64,000 nucleotides of DNA from Spirochaetia bacterium (GCA_965203515.1 OZ241907.1:1120001-1184000); one strand, 5' to 3'; positions 19,296 through 30,029 are shown, counted from the first letter of the stretch. Numbers and translations: made by a program. Notes: generated by a model not told the origin, from the sequence alone.

Positions 19296-20889
19296 GATGG
19301 CGTTGGCGATCCGGCAATTGGTACAGGACCGCGGCATCTCGGAAGACTTGGTCGTCAAGACGATCGAAGACGTGCTGCTGGCCGCCTACAAGCGCCGCTT
19401 CGGGACCGCGGAGAACGCCGTCATCCGCTTCACGGACGATGCCGCCGACGTGACCATCTACGCCCAGAAGCGCATCGTCGCGGCGGTCGACGACCCGGTC
19501 ACGGAGATCGGGCTCGACGACGCGCTGGGCTACACCGATCAGGCGGAGATCGGCGACGAGCTGCTGATCGAGATCAACCCGCGCGAGTTCGACCGCGCCT
19601 CCATCCAGAGCGCGAAGCAGCGCGCGCGGCAGACGTTGCGCGAAATCCAGAAGGACACGCTGTACTCGGAATTCGAGGACAAGGTCGGCGAGATGATCAT
19701 CGGCTACCACCAGCGGGAGCGAAACGGCGCGATCTTCGTCGACCTGGGCAAGACGGAAGGCATCATGCCGCGCAAGTATCAGAGCCCCCGCGAGGTGTAT
19801 CGGCCGAACGATCGCATCCGCGCCCTCATCTACGACGTCGAGAAGACGCCGACCGGCCTGCAGATCATCCTGTCGCGCACGCACACGCAGTTCGTGCGCA
19901 AGATCTTCGAGCTCGAGGTGCCGGAGATCTACGACGGCACGATCGAGATCTACAAGATGGTCCGCGAGCCGGGGTACCGAACCAAGATGGCCGTCTACTC
20001 CACGCGCGACGACGTCGACCCGGTCGGCGCCTGCGTCGGCATGCGCGGCGTGCGTATCCAGGCGGTCGTGCGCGAGCTGGAGGGCGAGAAGATCGACGTC
20101 CTCAAGTACGATCCCGATCCGGCCGCATTCATCAGGAACGCCCTGCAGCCGGCCGAGGTCGAAGACGTGATCATCGTCGACGACGCGACGCGGCACGCGC
20201 TGGCGGTCGTACAGGATGCGCAGTTCTCGCTCGCCATCGGCCGGCAGGGGCTGAACGTGAGGCTTGCGAACCGCCTGGTCGACTGGAACATCGACGTCAA
20301 GACCCGCGCGCAGGTCGCGGACATGGACCTGGGCGGCGACAAGAAGCGGGACGCGGCGGCGCTGTTCCGGGAGGACGAGGCGCAGGAGATCGCGCGCATC
20401 ACGGAGCTTCCCGGCGTGCCGGAGCGGATCGCCGCGGCGCTGGCCGATCAGGGCATAGAACGGATCGAGGACCTGGTCGAGATGTCGGACGATCAGCTCG
20501 TGGCGACGCGAGGCCTCACGTCGGAGGATATCTCGACGATCCGCAACCTCCTCGACGAGACGGTGGAGATCGTCGAGGAGGAGGACGCCGATGAGGTCGT
20601 TCCGGCGGACGGTGACGAACCCGCCTACGAAGCGGAAGCGGAAGCGGACGCGGTCGACGAACAGGAGCAGGTCGAGGAGATCACCGCCGTGTCGGAGCTC
20701 GGCTTCGAGCAGCGCGTCACCGACGCGCTGGCGGCCGCCGGCATCCTTGAGGCCGAAGCGCTCATGTCGATGACGGAAGAGGATCTCGCCGGCGTCGCCG
20801 GCCTCAGCGCCGGCGACGTGGCGAGCATACGGAAACTGCTCGATGAAAGCGTCGAGATCATCGAGGAATCGCCGGTAGACGGCGCGTAA
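19285..20889 (+). CDS. nusA: Transcription elongation factor NusA
   Basis: SAKQ, S1 domain, LFELEVPEI-like IFELEVPEI, REPGYRTK, DPVGACVGMRG, AIGRQGLNVRLA; two acidic C-terminal repeats. Confidence 0.98.
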   Translation: MSSEMALAIRQLVQDRGISEDLVVKTIEDVLLAAYKRRFGTAENAVIRFTDDAADVTIYAQKRIVAAVDDPVTEIGLDDALGYTDQAEIGDELLIEINPREFDRASIQSAKQRARQTLREIQKDTLYSEFEDKVGEMIIGYHQRERNGAIFVDLGKTEGIMPRKYQSPREVYRPNDRIRALIYDVEKTPTGLQIILSRTHTQFVRKIFELEVPEIYDGTIEIYKMVREPGYRTKMAVYSTRDDVDPVGACVGMRGVRIQAVVRELEGEKIDVLKYDPDPAAFIRNALQPAEVEDVIIVDDATRHALAVVQDAQFSLAIGRQGLNVRLANRLVDWNIDVKTRAQVADMDLGGDKKRDAAALFREDEAQEIARITELPGVPERIAAALADQGIERIEDLVEMSDDQLVATRGLTSEDISTIRNLLDETVEIVEEEDADEVVPADGDEPAYEAEAEADAVDEQEQVEEITAVSELGFEQRVTDALAAAGILEAEALMSMTEEDLAGVAGLSAGDVASIRKLLDESVEIIEESPVDGA

Positions 20890-20903
20890 GGGCGGGCAGA
20901 GAG

Positions 20904-23611
20904 ATGGCGGAAAAGACGGACAACCCCGTGAACCGAACCCCGGAAGATGAAGCCGAGCGCAAGCCCAAGCCGAAGGTCACGCTCATCAAGAAGCGTCCCG
21001 ACTCGCAGGGGTCAGGCGACGGAGAGCCGCCGGCGCGCCCCCCCGTGAAGCGCCGGGTCGTGATCCGCAGGCGCCCCGTGGAGACGCCGCAGACACACCC
21101 GCCACCCCCGCCGCCGCCGAAGGACGGGCCGGCACGACAACCGGCGCCGCCGCGGACCCCGACATCGCCGCAGCCTCAGTCGCCGCCGCGGACCCAGGCG
21201 CCGCCGCGGACCCAGGCACCGCCGCGGACGCAGACGCCGCCACAGACGCAGGCGCCGCCGCAGACGCAGGCATCGCCGCAGAAGCAGACGCCGCCGCAGA
21301 CCCCGACATCGCCGCAGAAGCAGACGCCGCCGCGGACCCAGACACCGTCACGGACGCAGACGCCGGCGCGGAAGCAGACATCGCCGCAGACGCAGGCGCC
21401 GCGGACCCAGACACCGGCACGGACCCAGGCGCCCACTGGCGGCCCCGCGAAGGCGGGCCCGCGCATCGATCCGCTGCATCGGCCGCTGCGGCTTCCCAAG
21501 CGCGATCCCCGACCCGCGTCGCAGCGGCCGGCGCCGCCGTCCGGGTTTCGCCCGCCGCGGAACTTCCGCCCTCCGCAGGGCCCGCAAGGACCGCGAGCGC
21601 CGGGTCAACGCGCCGCGCCCTCGGGGCCGGCGCGGCGCCCGCCGGAACGCCCGCTCAACTTCCGGCCCCCCCAGCCGGGGCGCGGCCCCGGCCGGCAGCC
21701 GTTCGGCCCCAACGCCGGCGCGCCGCCGTCCGCGCCGGGACGCGGTCCGGGCCGCTCGCGGAGCAAGCCGCGCCGGCGCGGCCAGTACTCGCGCGAGCGA
21801 TTCGAGGAACACGCGGAAAGCTGGTGCAGCAGCGCCGCCGCGAGGATGAAGCGGCGGCCGTACCGGGCGAGATCGACATCATGGAGCACGTCACGGTTTC
21901 GGAACTGGCGCGCAAGATGAACCTCAAGGCGTCCAGCCTCATCGGCAAGCTGATGGAGATGGGCAGCATGGTCACCATCAACCAGCAGATCGACTCCGAT
22001 ACCGCGACCGTGATCGCCGATCAGTACGGCTGCAAGGTCAACGTCGTCTCGCTCTATCACGAGACGCTGATCGAGTCGGAGAAGCCGGAAGATGCCGACG
22101 ACGAGCCGCGGCCGCCGATCGTCACCATCATGGGGCACGTCGACCACGGCAAGACCAAGCTGATGGACGCCATCCGCGCGGCGAACGTCGCCGACCAGGA
22201 GCATGGCGGCATCACCCAGCACATCGGCGCCTACGCGGTCTCCATCGATCAGGGCCGCATCGTGTTTCTGGACACGCCCGGCCACGAAGCCTTCACCAAC
22301 ATGCGGGCGCGCGGCGCCCAGGTTACCGACATCGTGGTGCTGGTGGTCGCCGCCGACGACGGGGTCATGCCGCAGACCGTAGAGGCGATCTCACACGCCC
22401 GCGATGCCGAGGTGCCGATCATCGTCGCCGTCAACAAGTGCGATCTGGAGGACGCCAATCCGGAACGGGTCAAGCAGCAGCTCTCCGACCATGACCTGGT
22501 GCCCGAGGAGTGGGGCGGAGATACCCTGTACCGGCAGGTGTCGGCGCTTGCCAAGACGGGAATCGACGATCTGTTGGAAGCGATTCTGCTGCAGGCCGAC
22601 CTGCAGGAGCTGCGGGCGCCGTATGCGATCCGCGCGGAAGGGCGCGTGATCGAGTCCAAGGTCGACCTGGGCCGCGGCACGGTCGGCACGGTGCTGATCG
22701 AACGCGGTACCCTGCGCAGCGGCGATCCGTTCATCGCCGGCGTATTCCCCGGCAAGGTTCGGGCGATGTTCGACGACCGCGGCTCCCCGGTGCAGGAGGC
22801 GACGCCGTCCCTGCCGGTCGAGATCCTCGGCTTCTCCGGACTGCCCGCCGCCGGCGATCCGTTTCAGGTGACCGTCGACGAACGGACCGCCCGTACGGTC
22901 GGCGCCAAACGGCAGGAGCTGCGCAAGGTCAAGGATGCGGGCTCGGTCAACCAGATCACCCTCGACAACCTGTACGAGACGATCAAGGAAGGGAGCATCC
23001 AGGAGTTCAAGATCGTCGCCAAGGGCGACGTGCACGGCTCGGTGGAGGCGCTGGTCTCCGCCCTGGAGCGTCTGTCCACCGACGACATCAAGCTCACCGT
23101 CATCCACTCGTCCGCGGGCGCGATCAACGAAAACGACGTGATGCTGGCGTCCGCCTCCAACGCCATCATCATCGGCTTCCACATTCGGCCGACTCCCAAG
23201 GCGCAGGAGCTGGCGGACCAGGAGAAGGTGGAGATACGCCGCTACGACCTGATCTACGAAGCGGTCGAAGAGATACGCGATTCGATGGAGGGGATGCTGG
23301 CTCCGGAGGTGCTCACCGAGTCGGTGGGCGCCGCCGAGGTGCGCGAGCTGTTCCGCATCTCCCGAATCGGCACCATCGCCGGGTGCTACGTCACCTCCGG
23401 GCTCGTGCGCCGCAACGCCGCGGTCCACGTCGTCCGCGACGGGGCGCAAGTGTACGAGGGCAGGATCATGACCCTGCGGCGATTCAAGGAGGACGTGACC
23501 GAAGTGGAAGCCGGGTTCGAGTGCGGCATCCGCGTCGAGAACTTCAACGATCTGAAGCAAGGCGACAGTATCGAAGCCTTCGAGACCAAAGAGGTCGCGA
23601 AGAAGCTCTAA
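20904..23611 (+). CDS. infB: Translation initiation factor IF-2; frame broken at ~21817-21819 (ORFs 20904-21920 and 21824-23611)
   Basis: Downstream ORF has [29 protein letters not shown] and IF-2 C-domains; upstream ORF is the IF-2 N-terminal low-complexity region; one added A joins them. Confidence 0.93.
21147..21434 (+). repeat. ~16 degenerate 18-bp coding repeats in the IF-2 N-terminus
   Basis: Hexapeptide consensus PP(R/Q)TQ(A/T). Confidence 0.9.
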
Positions 23612-23647
23612 AGCGCGCCGGCGCGACCGCGGGGGACGGACGACAGG

Positions 23648-23992
23648 ATGGCGAACCAACGAGGCGAGAAGGTCGGGCGGCTGCTGCGCGAGGTCTTGGG
23701 AGAGATGATCGTCGGCGGCATCCTGGCCGATCCGCGCATCGACCCGCTGCTCAACCTGACGCGCGTCAAGGTCTCCCGCGACCTCAAGCACGCCACCGTG
23801 TTCGTCTCCCACCACGGCGAAGAGCCGGTGACCGGCCCTGCCACGGACGCGCTCAATCATGCCGCCGGCTATCTGCAGGCGGAGCTGGCGCGCCGCATCC
23901 GCCTGCGGGAGACGCCCAGGTTGCGGTTCCGGGCGGACTCTTCGGTCGCCGACGGCTTTCGAGTGCTGCAGAAGATCCGCAGACTCTCCTAG
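23648..23992 (+). CDS. rbfA: Ribosome-binding factor A
   Basis: DPRI, VKVSRDLKHATVFVS, LRETPRLRF..D; follows infB. Confidence 0.95.
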   Translation: MANQRGEKVGRLLREVLGEMIVGGILADPRIDPLLNLTRVKVSRDLKHATVFVSHHGEEPVTGPATDALNHAAGYLQAELARRIRLRETPRLRFRADSSVADGFRVLQKIRRLS

Positions 23993-24033
23993 CGTCCCCC
24001 GCAGGAGCCGGGAGCAGCGGGAGCCTGGAGAAG

Positions 24034-24969
24034 ATGCGATACGACGCGGGCCGGGACCCGGGCATGGTGCTCTTGCGCAAGCCGTCCGGCGTCACCTCGT
24101 TCGCCGCCCTCGGCCGCCTGAAGCGCGCGCTCGGCACGCGGCGCATCGGCCATACCGGCACCCTGGACCGCTTCGCCTCCGGTCTGCTGATCGCCCTGGT
24201 CGGGCGGCTGACCCGCATCGGCTGGTTGATCACCGACCTGCCCAAACGCTACCGCGCCACCGTGCAACTGGGCGAGCAGACGGCCACGCTCGACCCCGAA
24301 GGACCGGTAGAACTGCGCCGTCCGCTGCCGTCTCCGCAGGCGCTCGAACAGGCGCTGCCCGCCTTCGTCGGCCGCATACGCCAGGTCCCGCCCGCGTACA
24401 GCGCCGTGCACGTCGGCGGCGAGCGCGCGTCGCGGCTGGCGCGCCGCGGCACCCCGACCCTGCCGGCGGCCCGCGAGGTGCACGTCGAAAGCCTGCGCAT
24501 CACCGCCATGGAGCTGCCGCGGATGACGATCGAGGTGGTCTGCGGCAAAGGGACCTACGTGCGCTCGCTGGCGCGCGACCTGGCGGCGGCGGCCGGCAGC
24601 TGCGGGTACCTCGCGGAGCTGCAGCGTCTGTCGATCGGCGCCTTCACGGTCGACGACGCCGCGCCGATCGACACCGCCGGCGCCGGCGACGTGATCCCTC
24701 CGCCGGAGTTCCTGCACCGCATCGACGGCCTGCAGGTGCGGCGCGTGACTCCCGCCGGGGAACGCAGCGTCCGCAACGGGCAGCCGATGGAACCGCGCTT
24801 CCTGTCGAGCGAGCCGTCCGGCGAGTCGCCGTGCGCGCTGCTCGCCGGGCGCGAGTTGCTCGCCATCATCGAGCCGGCGGCCCGCAGCTCCGACCGCGCA
24901 CCGCGCCCCTACCGCTACCGGTGCGTCCTTGCCGACCGACTCGACCACGCCGCGGGGCGGACCGCGTGA
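24034..24969 (+). CDS. truB: tRNA pseudouridine-55 synthase
   Basis: KPSGVTSF, GHTGTLD, KRYRA, QVPPAYSA, CGKGTYVRSLARD; ATG 24034 after GGAG. Confidence 0.95.
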   Translation: MRYDAGRDPGMVLLRKPSGVTSFAALGRLKRALGTRRIGHTGTLDRFASGLLIALVGRLTRIGWLITDLPKRYRATVQLGEQTATLDPEGPVELRRPLPSPQALEQALPAFVGRIRQVPPAYSAVHVGGERASRLARRGTPTLPAAREVHVESLRITAMELPRMTIEVVCGKGTYVRSLARDLAAAAGSCGYLAELQRLSIGAFTVDDAAPIDTAGAGDVIPPPEFLHRIDGLQVRRVTPAGERSVRNGQPMEPRFLSSEPSGESPCALLAGRELLAIIEPAARSSDRAPRPYRYRCVLADRLDHAAGRTA

Positions 24970-25778
24970 CGGTCCTGGACTGGCAGGCGCTGGCCGGCCG
25001 GCCGCTCGACCACGCCGTCGTGGTCGCCATCGGCGTGTTCGACGGCCTGCACCGCGGCCATCGGACGCTGCTTCGGCACGTCGTCGCGCATGGCGGGGGA
25101 GCGCCGGCGGTGCTGAGCTTCGACCCGCTGCCCGCCTCGGTGCTGTTCGGGAGCAGCGACCGTCTGATCCTGTCGCGACGGCAGAAGGAACGGGAGCTGG
25201 CGCGGCTGGGCATCCGCTATCTGATCGTCGTTGACTTTTCTCTCAGCTTCAGTCAGATTACCGGTGAAGCGTTCGTCAGCCAGATGCTGCGGCGCGCCGC
25301 CGTGCGCGGCGTGGTCGTCGGACAGGACTTTCGGTGTGGGCGGCATCGTGACACCGATACCGGAAAGCTGTGCCGGTTGTTGCGCGGACACGGCGTGGAG
25401 ACCCGCGTCGTGGAGTTGGTCCGTCGTCGGACGGAGATGGAAGAGGGGCACGGGGGCGACGGAGCGAAGGTGAGCAGCAGCAGCATACGGCGGGCGATCG
25501 ACAGCGGTGACCTCTCCATGGTACGGTCGATGCTCGGCCGCGACTATGAACTGGACGTGGCTGGCATCACGCCCGACCGCACCGGCACGGACGGCAGTTT
25601 GGTGTTTCCGGCCTCGTCGTTGACGCAGATACTCCCCGGACCGGGACGCTACGTCGGCTTCGCCTGCGGCGCATCCGGCCGCACGACGGCGCGCATCACG
25701 GTGCAGCCCGACCGGGTCATCGTCAGCGGGGCGATCGACTCGGCGGCCGGAATCGGTTTCGCACGGCGCGAATCGTAG
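24966..25778 (+). CDS. ribF: FAD synthetase (FMN adenylyltransferase) with degenerate riboflavin-kinase domain
   Basis: IGVFDGLHRGH, SFDP, VVGQDFRCG, KVSSSSIR, MLGR; no GFPTAN kinase motif; GTG overlaps truB stop. Confidence 0.85.
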   Translation: MTVLDWQALAGRPLDHAVVVAIGVFDGLHRGHRTLLRHVVAHGGGAPAVLSFDPLPASVLFGSSDRLILSRRQKERELARLGIRYLIVVDFSLSFSQITGEAFVSQMLRRAAVRGVVVGQDFRCGRHRDTDTGKLCRLLRGHGVETRVVELVRRRTEMEEGHGGDGAKVSSSSIRRAIDSGDLSMVRSMLGRDYELDVAGITPDRTGTDGSLVFPASSLTQILPGPGRYVGFACGASGRTTARITVQPDRVIVSGAIDSAAGIGFARRES

Positions 25779-25795
25779 AGGACCGGAGAAGCAGG

Positions 25796-26065
25796 ATGGG
25801 ATTGACCAAAGAGGAAAAGGCAGAGATCGTAACCGGGTTCGGCGCCGGTGACGCCGATACCGGAGCTACGGCGGTGCAGGTAGCGTTGCTCACCCGCCGG
25901 ATCACCCAACTCACCGAACACTTCAAGACGCACCCCAAGGACCACACCTCCCGCCACGGCCTCCACCGGATGGTCGGGCAGCGGCGTCGGCTCATGGGAT
26001 ATCTCAGCCGCACGGACGCAGCTACGTACCGGAACCTGCTCGAACAGCTGAACCTGAGAAAGTAG
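25796..26065 (+). CDS. rpsO: 30S ribosomal protein S15
   Basis: DTGA..VQVALLT.RI..LTEH...HPKDH.SRHGL; 89 aa. Confidence 0.98.
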   Translation: MGLTKEEKAEIVTGFGAGDADTGATAVQVALLTRRITQLTEHFKTHPKDHTSRHGLHRMVGQRRRLMGYLSRTDAATYRNLLEQLNLRK

Positions 26066-26111
26066 CGGCGGGCGGCACGGCGCCGCGGGAACCGCGACGC
26101 AAGGAAGCAAC

Positions 26112-28415
26112 ATGGCACATACCGTAGAACTGAGGGTCGGCGACGAAACGCTGACGCTTGAGACCGGCCGCCTGGCCAAGCAGGCCAATGGCGCGGTCTA
26201 CGCACAATATGCAGGCTCTGCCGTCCTGGCGACGGTCTGCTGCTCCGCGAAGGAGATCGAGGGGCTCGACTACGTACCCTTGCAGGTGGAGTACAACGAA
26301 AAGGCATACGCGTCGGGCAAGATTCCCGGGTCGATATTCCGCCGCGAAGGCAGGCCCCGGGACCGTGAGATACTGGTCTCCCGCCTGATCGATCGGCCCA
26401 TGCGGCCGCTGTTCCACAAGTCGTTCAGCCGCGACATCCAGGTGATTCCCACCGTGATCTCGGCGGATCAGGTCAACCCGCCCGACGTGCTGGCGATCGT
26501 GGCCGCATCCGCGGCCGTGACCGTCTCCGACGTACCGTTCCAGGGACCGGTCGGCGGGGTGCGGGTAGCCGTGCTGGACGGCGCCATCGTGGTGAACCCC
26601 ACGCACGATCAGATCGAGACCGCTCAGCTCGACATCGTGGTGGCGGGCACGCGCGACGGCATCACCATGGTCGAAGGCGGCGCCGACGAAGTCGACGAAG
26701 AGACGATGATCGCCTGCATCGAGCGCGCGCACCAGGTGATCGTCGAGCTCTGCGACGCGCAGCTCCGGCTGGCGGAGATGAGCGGCCGTCCGAAGCTGCC
26801 GCTGCCCGAGGCGCCGGTCTCGGAGGCGGAGGAGGAGGTCGGCGCGTGGATCCGTCCGAAGATGGAGCAGGCATGCTTCGTCAAGGGCAAGGAGGCGCGG
26901 TACGCGGCGATCCGGCAGGTGAAGCAGGAGACCTTCGACCGGTTCGCCGATCGGTTCGGCGATGCCGGCACGGAGAAGATCGAGGCGTTGCTGGAGAAGA
27001 TCGAGACCGACGTGGTGCGCACGTCGATCCTGGACCATCGCGTGCGCACCGACGGCCGATCGCCCGACGACATCCGCGACATCACGTGTGACGTCGACGT
27101 GCTGCCGCGCGCGCACGGCGCGGCGCTGTTCACGCGCGGCGAGACGCAGGCGCTGGCGGTGACTACGCTCGGCACCGCCAACGACGAGCTGCGCATCCTG
27201 GACGCGCTGGAGACCGACGTCGACCGCAAGAAGCACTTCATGCTCCATTACAACTTCCCGCCGTTCTCGGTCGGAGAGACCGGTCGGCTCGGTACGGGAC
27301 GCCGCGAGACCGGCCACGGCCACTTGGCCGAGCGCGCCCTGGAGCGGGTCATCCCCGGCAAGGAGGAGTTTCCCTACACGGTGCGGGTCGTCTCGGAGAT
27401 ACTGGAAAGCAACGGTTCGTCCTCCATGGCGTCGGTGTGCGGCGGCACGCTGAGCCTGCTCAACGCCGGTGTGCCGATCCGGCGATCGGTCGCCGGTATC
27501 GCGATGGGATTGATCTCCGACGGCGACCGCTTCGTGGTCCTGTCGGACATTCTGGGAGAGGAAGACCATCTCGGCGACATGGACTTCAAGGTCGCCGGCA
27601 CCGAGCAGGGCATCACCGCGTTCCAGATGGACATCAAGATCGCCGGGGTCAACTCGCAACTCCTGCGCGAAGCGCTCGACAAGGCGCGCGCGGGCCGCCT
27701 GAAGATCCTCGAGATCATGCGGCAGACCATGGACCGCCCGCGCGGCGCGGTCTCCGACTTCGCACCAAAGATCATCACCATGCGCATTGAAGTAGACAAG
27801 ATCGGCGCCGTCATCGGTTCCGGCGGCTCCAACATCCGTTCGATCACCGACAGCACCGGGGCCGACGTCAATATCGAGGACGACGGGGTGGTCACGATCT
27901 ATTGCCGCCGCAAGGAGGGAGCGGAGCGCGCCCAACGCCTGGTGGAACAGGCGGTGGAGGAGCCGGAGGTCGGCAAGACCTACGCGGCCCGCGTCACCCG
28001 CATCATGGACTTCGGCGCCTTCATGGAGATACTCCCCGGCAAGGAGGGCCTCTGCCACATATCCCGCCTGACCGCCGATCACGTCGGCCAGGTGGAAGAC
28101 GTGGTCAAGGTGGGGGACGAGGTGCAGGTCAAGCTGATCGAGATCGACCGCATGGGCCGCCTGAACCTGGCGACTCTCGATGCGGTCGGCCCGGACGTGG
28201 AGGAGACCGCCGGCGCCCCGGGGTCGCGGCCGATCGGCGACCCATTGCGCGACCGCATCGGCGGCGGCAGGCGTCCCGGCCCGGGGCGCCGCGACCGATT
28301 CGGGCCCAACCGCAGGGATGGACGCGACGGCCGGCCGCCGCGGTCGAGAAGCATGTCCGGCGGGCGCGGTCCGCGCCGCCGCGGCCGACCCGATGGCGAG
28401 CATCCGGCGGATTGA
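26112..28415 (+). CDS. pnp: Polynucleotide phosphorylase
   Basis: LAKQANG, RLIDRPMRP, FTRGETQ, SNGSSSMASVC, DMDFKVAG, KH and S1 domains. Confidence 0.98.
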   Translation: MAHTVELRVGDETLTLETGRLAKQANGAVYAQYAGSAVLATVCCSAKEIEGLDYVPLQVEYNEKAYASGKIPGSIFRREGRPRDREILVSRLIDRPMRPLFHKSFSRDIQVIPTVISADQVNPPDVLAIVAASAAVTVSDVPFQGPVGGVRVAVLDGAIVVNPTHDQIETAQLDIVVAGTRDGITMVEGGADEVDEETMIACIERAHQVIVELCDAQLRLAEMSGRPKLPLPEAPVSEAEEEVGAWIRPKMEQACFVKGKEARYAAIRQVKQETFDRFADRFGDAGTEKIEALLEKIETDVVRTSILDHRVRTDGRSPDDIRDITCDVDVLPRAHGAALFTRGETQALAVTTLGTANDELRILDALETDVDRKKHFMLHYNFPPFSVGETGRLGTGRRETGHGHLAERALERVIPGKEEFPYTVRVVSEILESNGSSSMASVCGGTLSLLNAGVPIRRSVAGIAMGLISDGDRFVVLSDILGEEDHLGDMDFKVAGTEQGITAFQMDIKIAGVNSQLLREALDKARAGRLKILEIMRQTMDRPRGAVSDFAPKIITMRIEVDKIGAVIGSGGSNIRSITDSTGADVNIEDDGVVTIYCRRKEGAERAQRLVEQAVEEPEVGKTYAARVTRIMDFGAFMEILPGKEGLCHISRLTADHVGQVEDVVKVGDEVQVKLIEIDRMGRLNLATLDAVGPDVEETAGAPGSRPIGDPLRDRIGGGRRPGPGRRDRFGPNRRDGRDGRPPRSRSMSGGRGPRRRGRPDGEHPAD

Positions 28416-29956
28416 TTCTACCGTCTGAGCCGTCGAGGCACGCCATCCGCGCCGCGCTGATCGCCATCGCACTGTCGGCCGCCGGTTCGGCGGCCGGTCA
28501 GTCGCTCGACCCCGCCGCCGCGCTGACGGAGGCAAGGGCGGCGTTTTCGCGGGGCGATTATGCCGACGCGCTGGCGGTGGTTCGGACCATGCGCATCCGG
28601 GCGCCCAACAGCCGGCATCTGCCGGAAGCGCTGCTGCTCGCCGCCCGCGCCGCGCTGCAGAGCGAGCCGTTTCGCGCCCGGTACTTCCTCGACACGGCAC
28701 GGTCGCACCCGCAAGCGTCTGACGAGACCCGCTTCGAGATCGCCGTCACGGCGGCCGAGATGGCGCGGCGGGACCGCCTGCTGCACCAGGCGCTGCAGGA
28801 GCTGCTGACAGCGCTGCGACTGCCGCCGGCCGGCGTGTCGCCGCTCCGGCTCGATCAGGTGCGGATACAGGCCGCCGAGCTGGCGCTCTACGAGCTGGAC
28901 GACGTGCCGGGCGCCGCCTACCTGGCCATGCAGGTCGTCGAGCCGGAGCGGCTCGAAGCCGCGCAGCGGCGCACGTACGACCGCCTGATCCGGGACGTGC
29001 GCTGGAGCACCATCACTCCCGGCATGCTCGGGCTGCCGGACGCCAACATCTCCGTGATCACCGTCGACGACGACGACGTCTGGATCGGCACGTACAACGG
29101 CGGCGCGTCGCGCTATTCGCAGAGTACCGGGATCGCGCGCCGGTTCACCAGCGGCACCACCGGCGGCGAGCTCTCCGATACCATCCGCGCGATCGAGGTC
29201 GACGGCAACTGGGTGTGGCTGGGCACCTTCGAGGGCCTGTCCGTCTACTCCAAGGCGACCAGCCGTCTCTGGAGGATCGAGCACTTCGGCGCGCCGGGCT
29301 CCGGCCGGCCGGCGATCGGCGTGGTGTCGCTGGCGGGCATCGACGGCGGCATCGCGGCCGGCACGCTCGGCCGCGGGCTGTGGCTGGCCGACGACCCGGA
29401 CGGTGAGTGGAACCGGGTGCAGGACGACGACCTGCTGGGGCCGTTCGTGACCGCGCTGCTGCGCCGCGGCTCCACGCTCTACGTCGGCACGCAGGATCGG
29501 GGCGTCGCCGCCATGGACCTGGAGACGGAACGGCTGCGCCGCCTCGACCGTGTGTGGGCGGCCGGCGTGGTGAACGTGCGCGCGCTGGCGCTCGACAAGG
29601 CCGGGCAGCTCTGGATCGGCACCTACGGCAACGGGCTGTATCGGTGGGACCCGGGCAGCGACGAGATCACCCGCTACTCCACCAGCTCCGGCACGCTCGC
29701 CGACGACTTCGTGCTGGCCGCCGCCGCCGCGCCGGACGCGGACGCGGTCCTGTTCGGAACCTTCGGCGGCGGCGCGTATCGGTATTCGGTCGACGACGCG
29801 GAGTGGGAGCGCTTCGATCTGGACAACGGGTTGCCGGCGATGGACGTCAGCTCGCTGGCGCACGCCGCCCCGTTCACGTACTTCGGCACCCTGGGCCGCG
29901 GCGTGGCGGTCCTGGCCGACTCGCTGCAGTACGCGGCGGACGCGGCTTCCTTCTGA
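28412..29956 (+). CDS. Exported protein with N-terminal TPR-like helices and C-terminal beta-propeller
   Basis: Signal-like N-terminus; repeated (V/L)W(I/L)GT.xG blades (WIGTYNGG, WLGTFEG, YVGTQDRG, WIGTYGNG, LFGTFGGG, YFGTLGRG); TTG start inferred. Confidence 0.75.
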   Translation: MILPSEPSRHAIRAALIAIALSAAGSAAGQSLDPAAALTEARAAFSRGDYADALAVVRTMRIRAPNSRHLPEALLLAARAALQSEPFRARYFLDTARSHPQASDETRFEIAVTAAEMARRDRLLHQALQELLTALRLPPAGVSPLRLDQVRIQAAELALYELDDVPGAAYLAMQVVEPERLEAAQRRTYDRLIRDVRWSTITPGMLGLPDANISVITVDDDDVWIGTYNGGASRYSQSTGIARRFTSGTTGGELSDTIRAIEVDGNWVWLGTFEGLSVYSKATSRLWRIEHFGAPGSGRPAIGVVSLAGIDGGIAAGTLGRGLWLADDPDGEWNRVQDDDLLGPFVTALLRRGSTLYVGTQDRGVAAMDLETERLRRLDRVWAAGVVNVRALALDKAGQLWIGTYGNGLYRWDPGSDEITRYSTSSGTLADDFVLAAAAAPDADAVLFGTFGGGAYRYSVDDAEWERFDLDNGLPAMDVSSLAHAAPFTYFGTLGRGVAVLADSLQYAADAASF

Positions 29957-30029
29957 CGGTCGACCCGGAGCCGAAGGTCGGCCGGGCGCCGAAGGTCGGC
30001 CGGATCGCAGGCCGCGCGGAGGAGGATCG

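Noticed and set aside
21811..21826. Programmed -1 frameshift in infB
   Set aside because: No in-phase slippery heptamer; two other single-base deletions in the window point to indel error.
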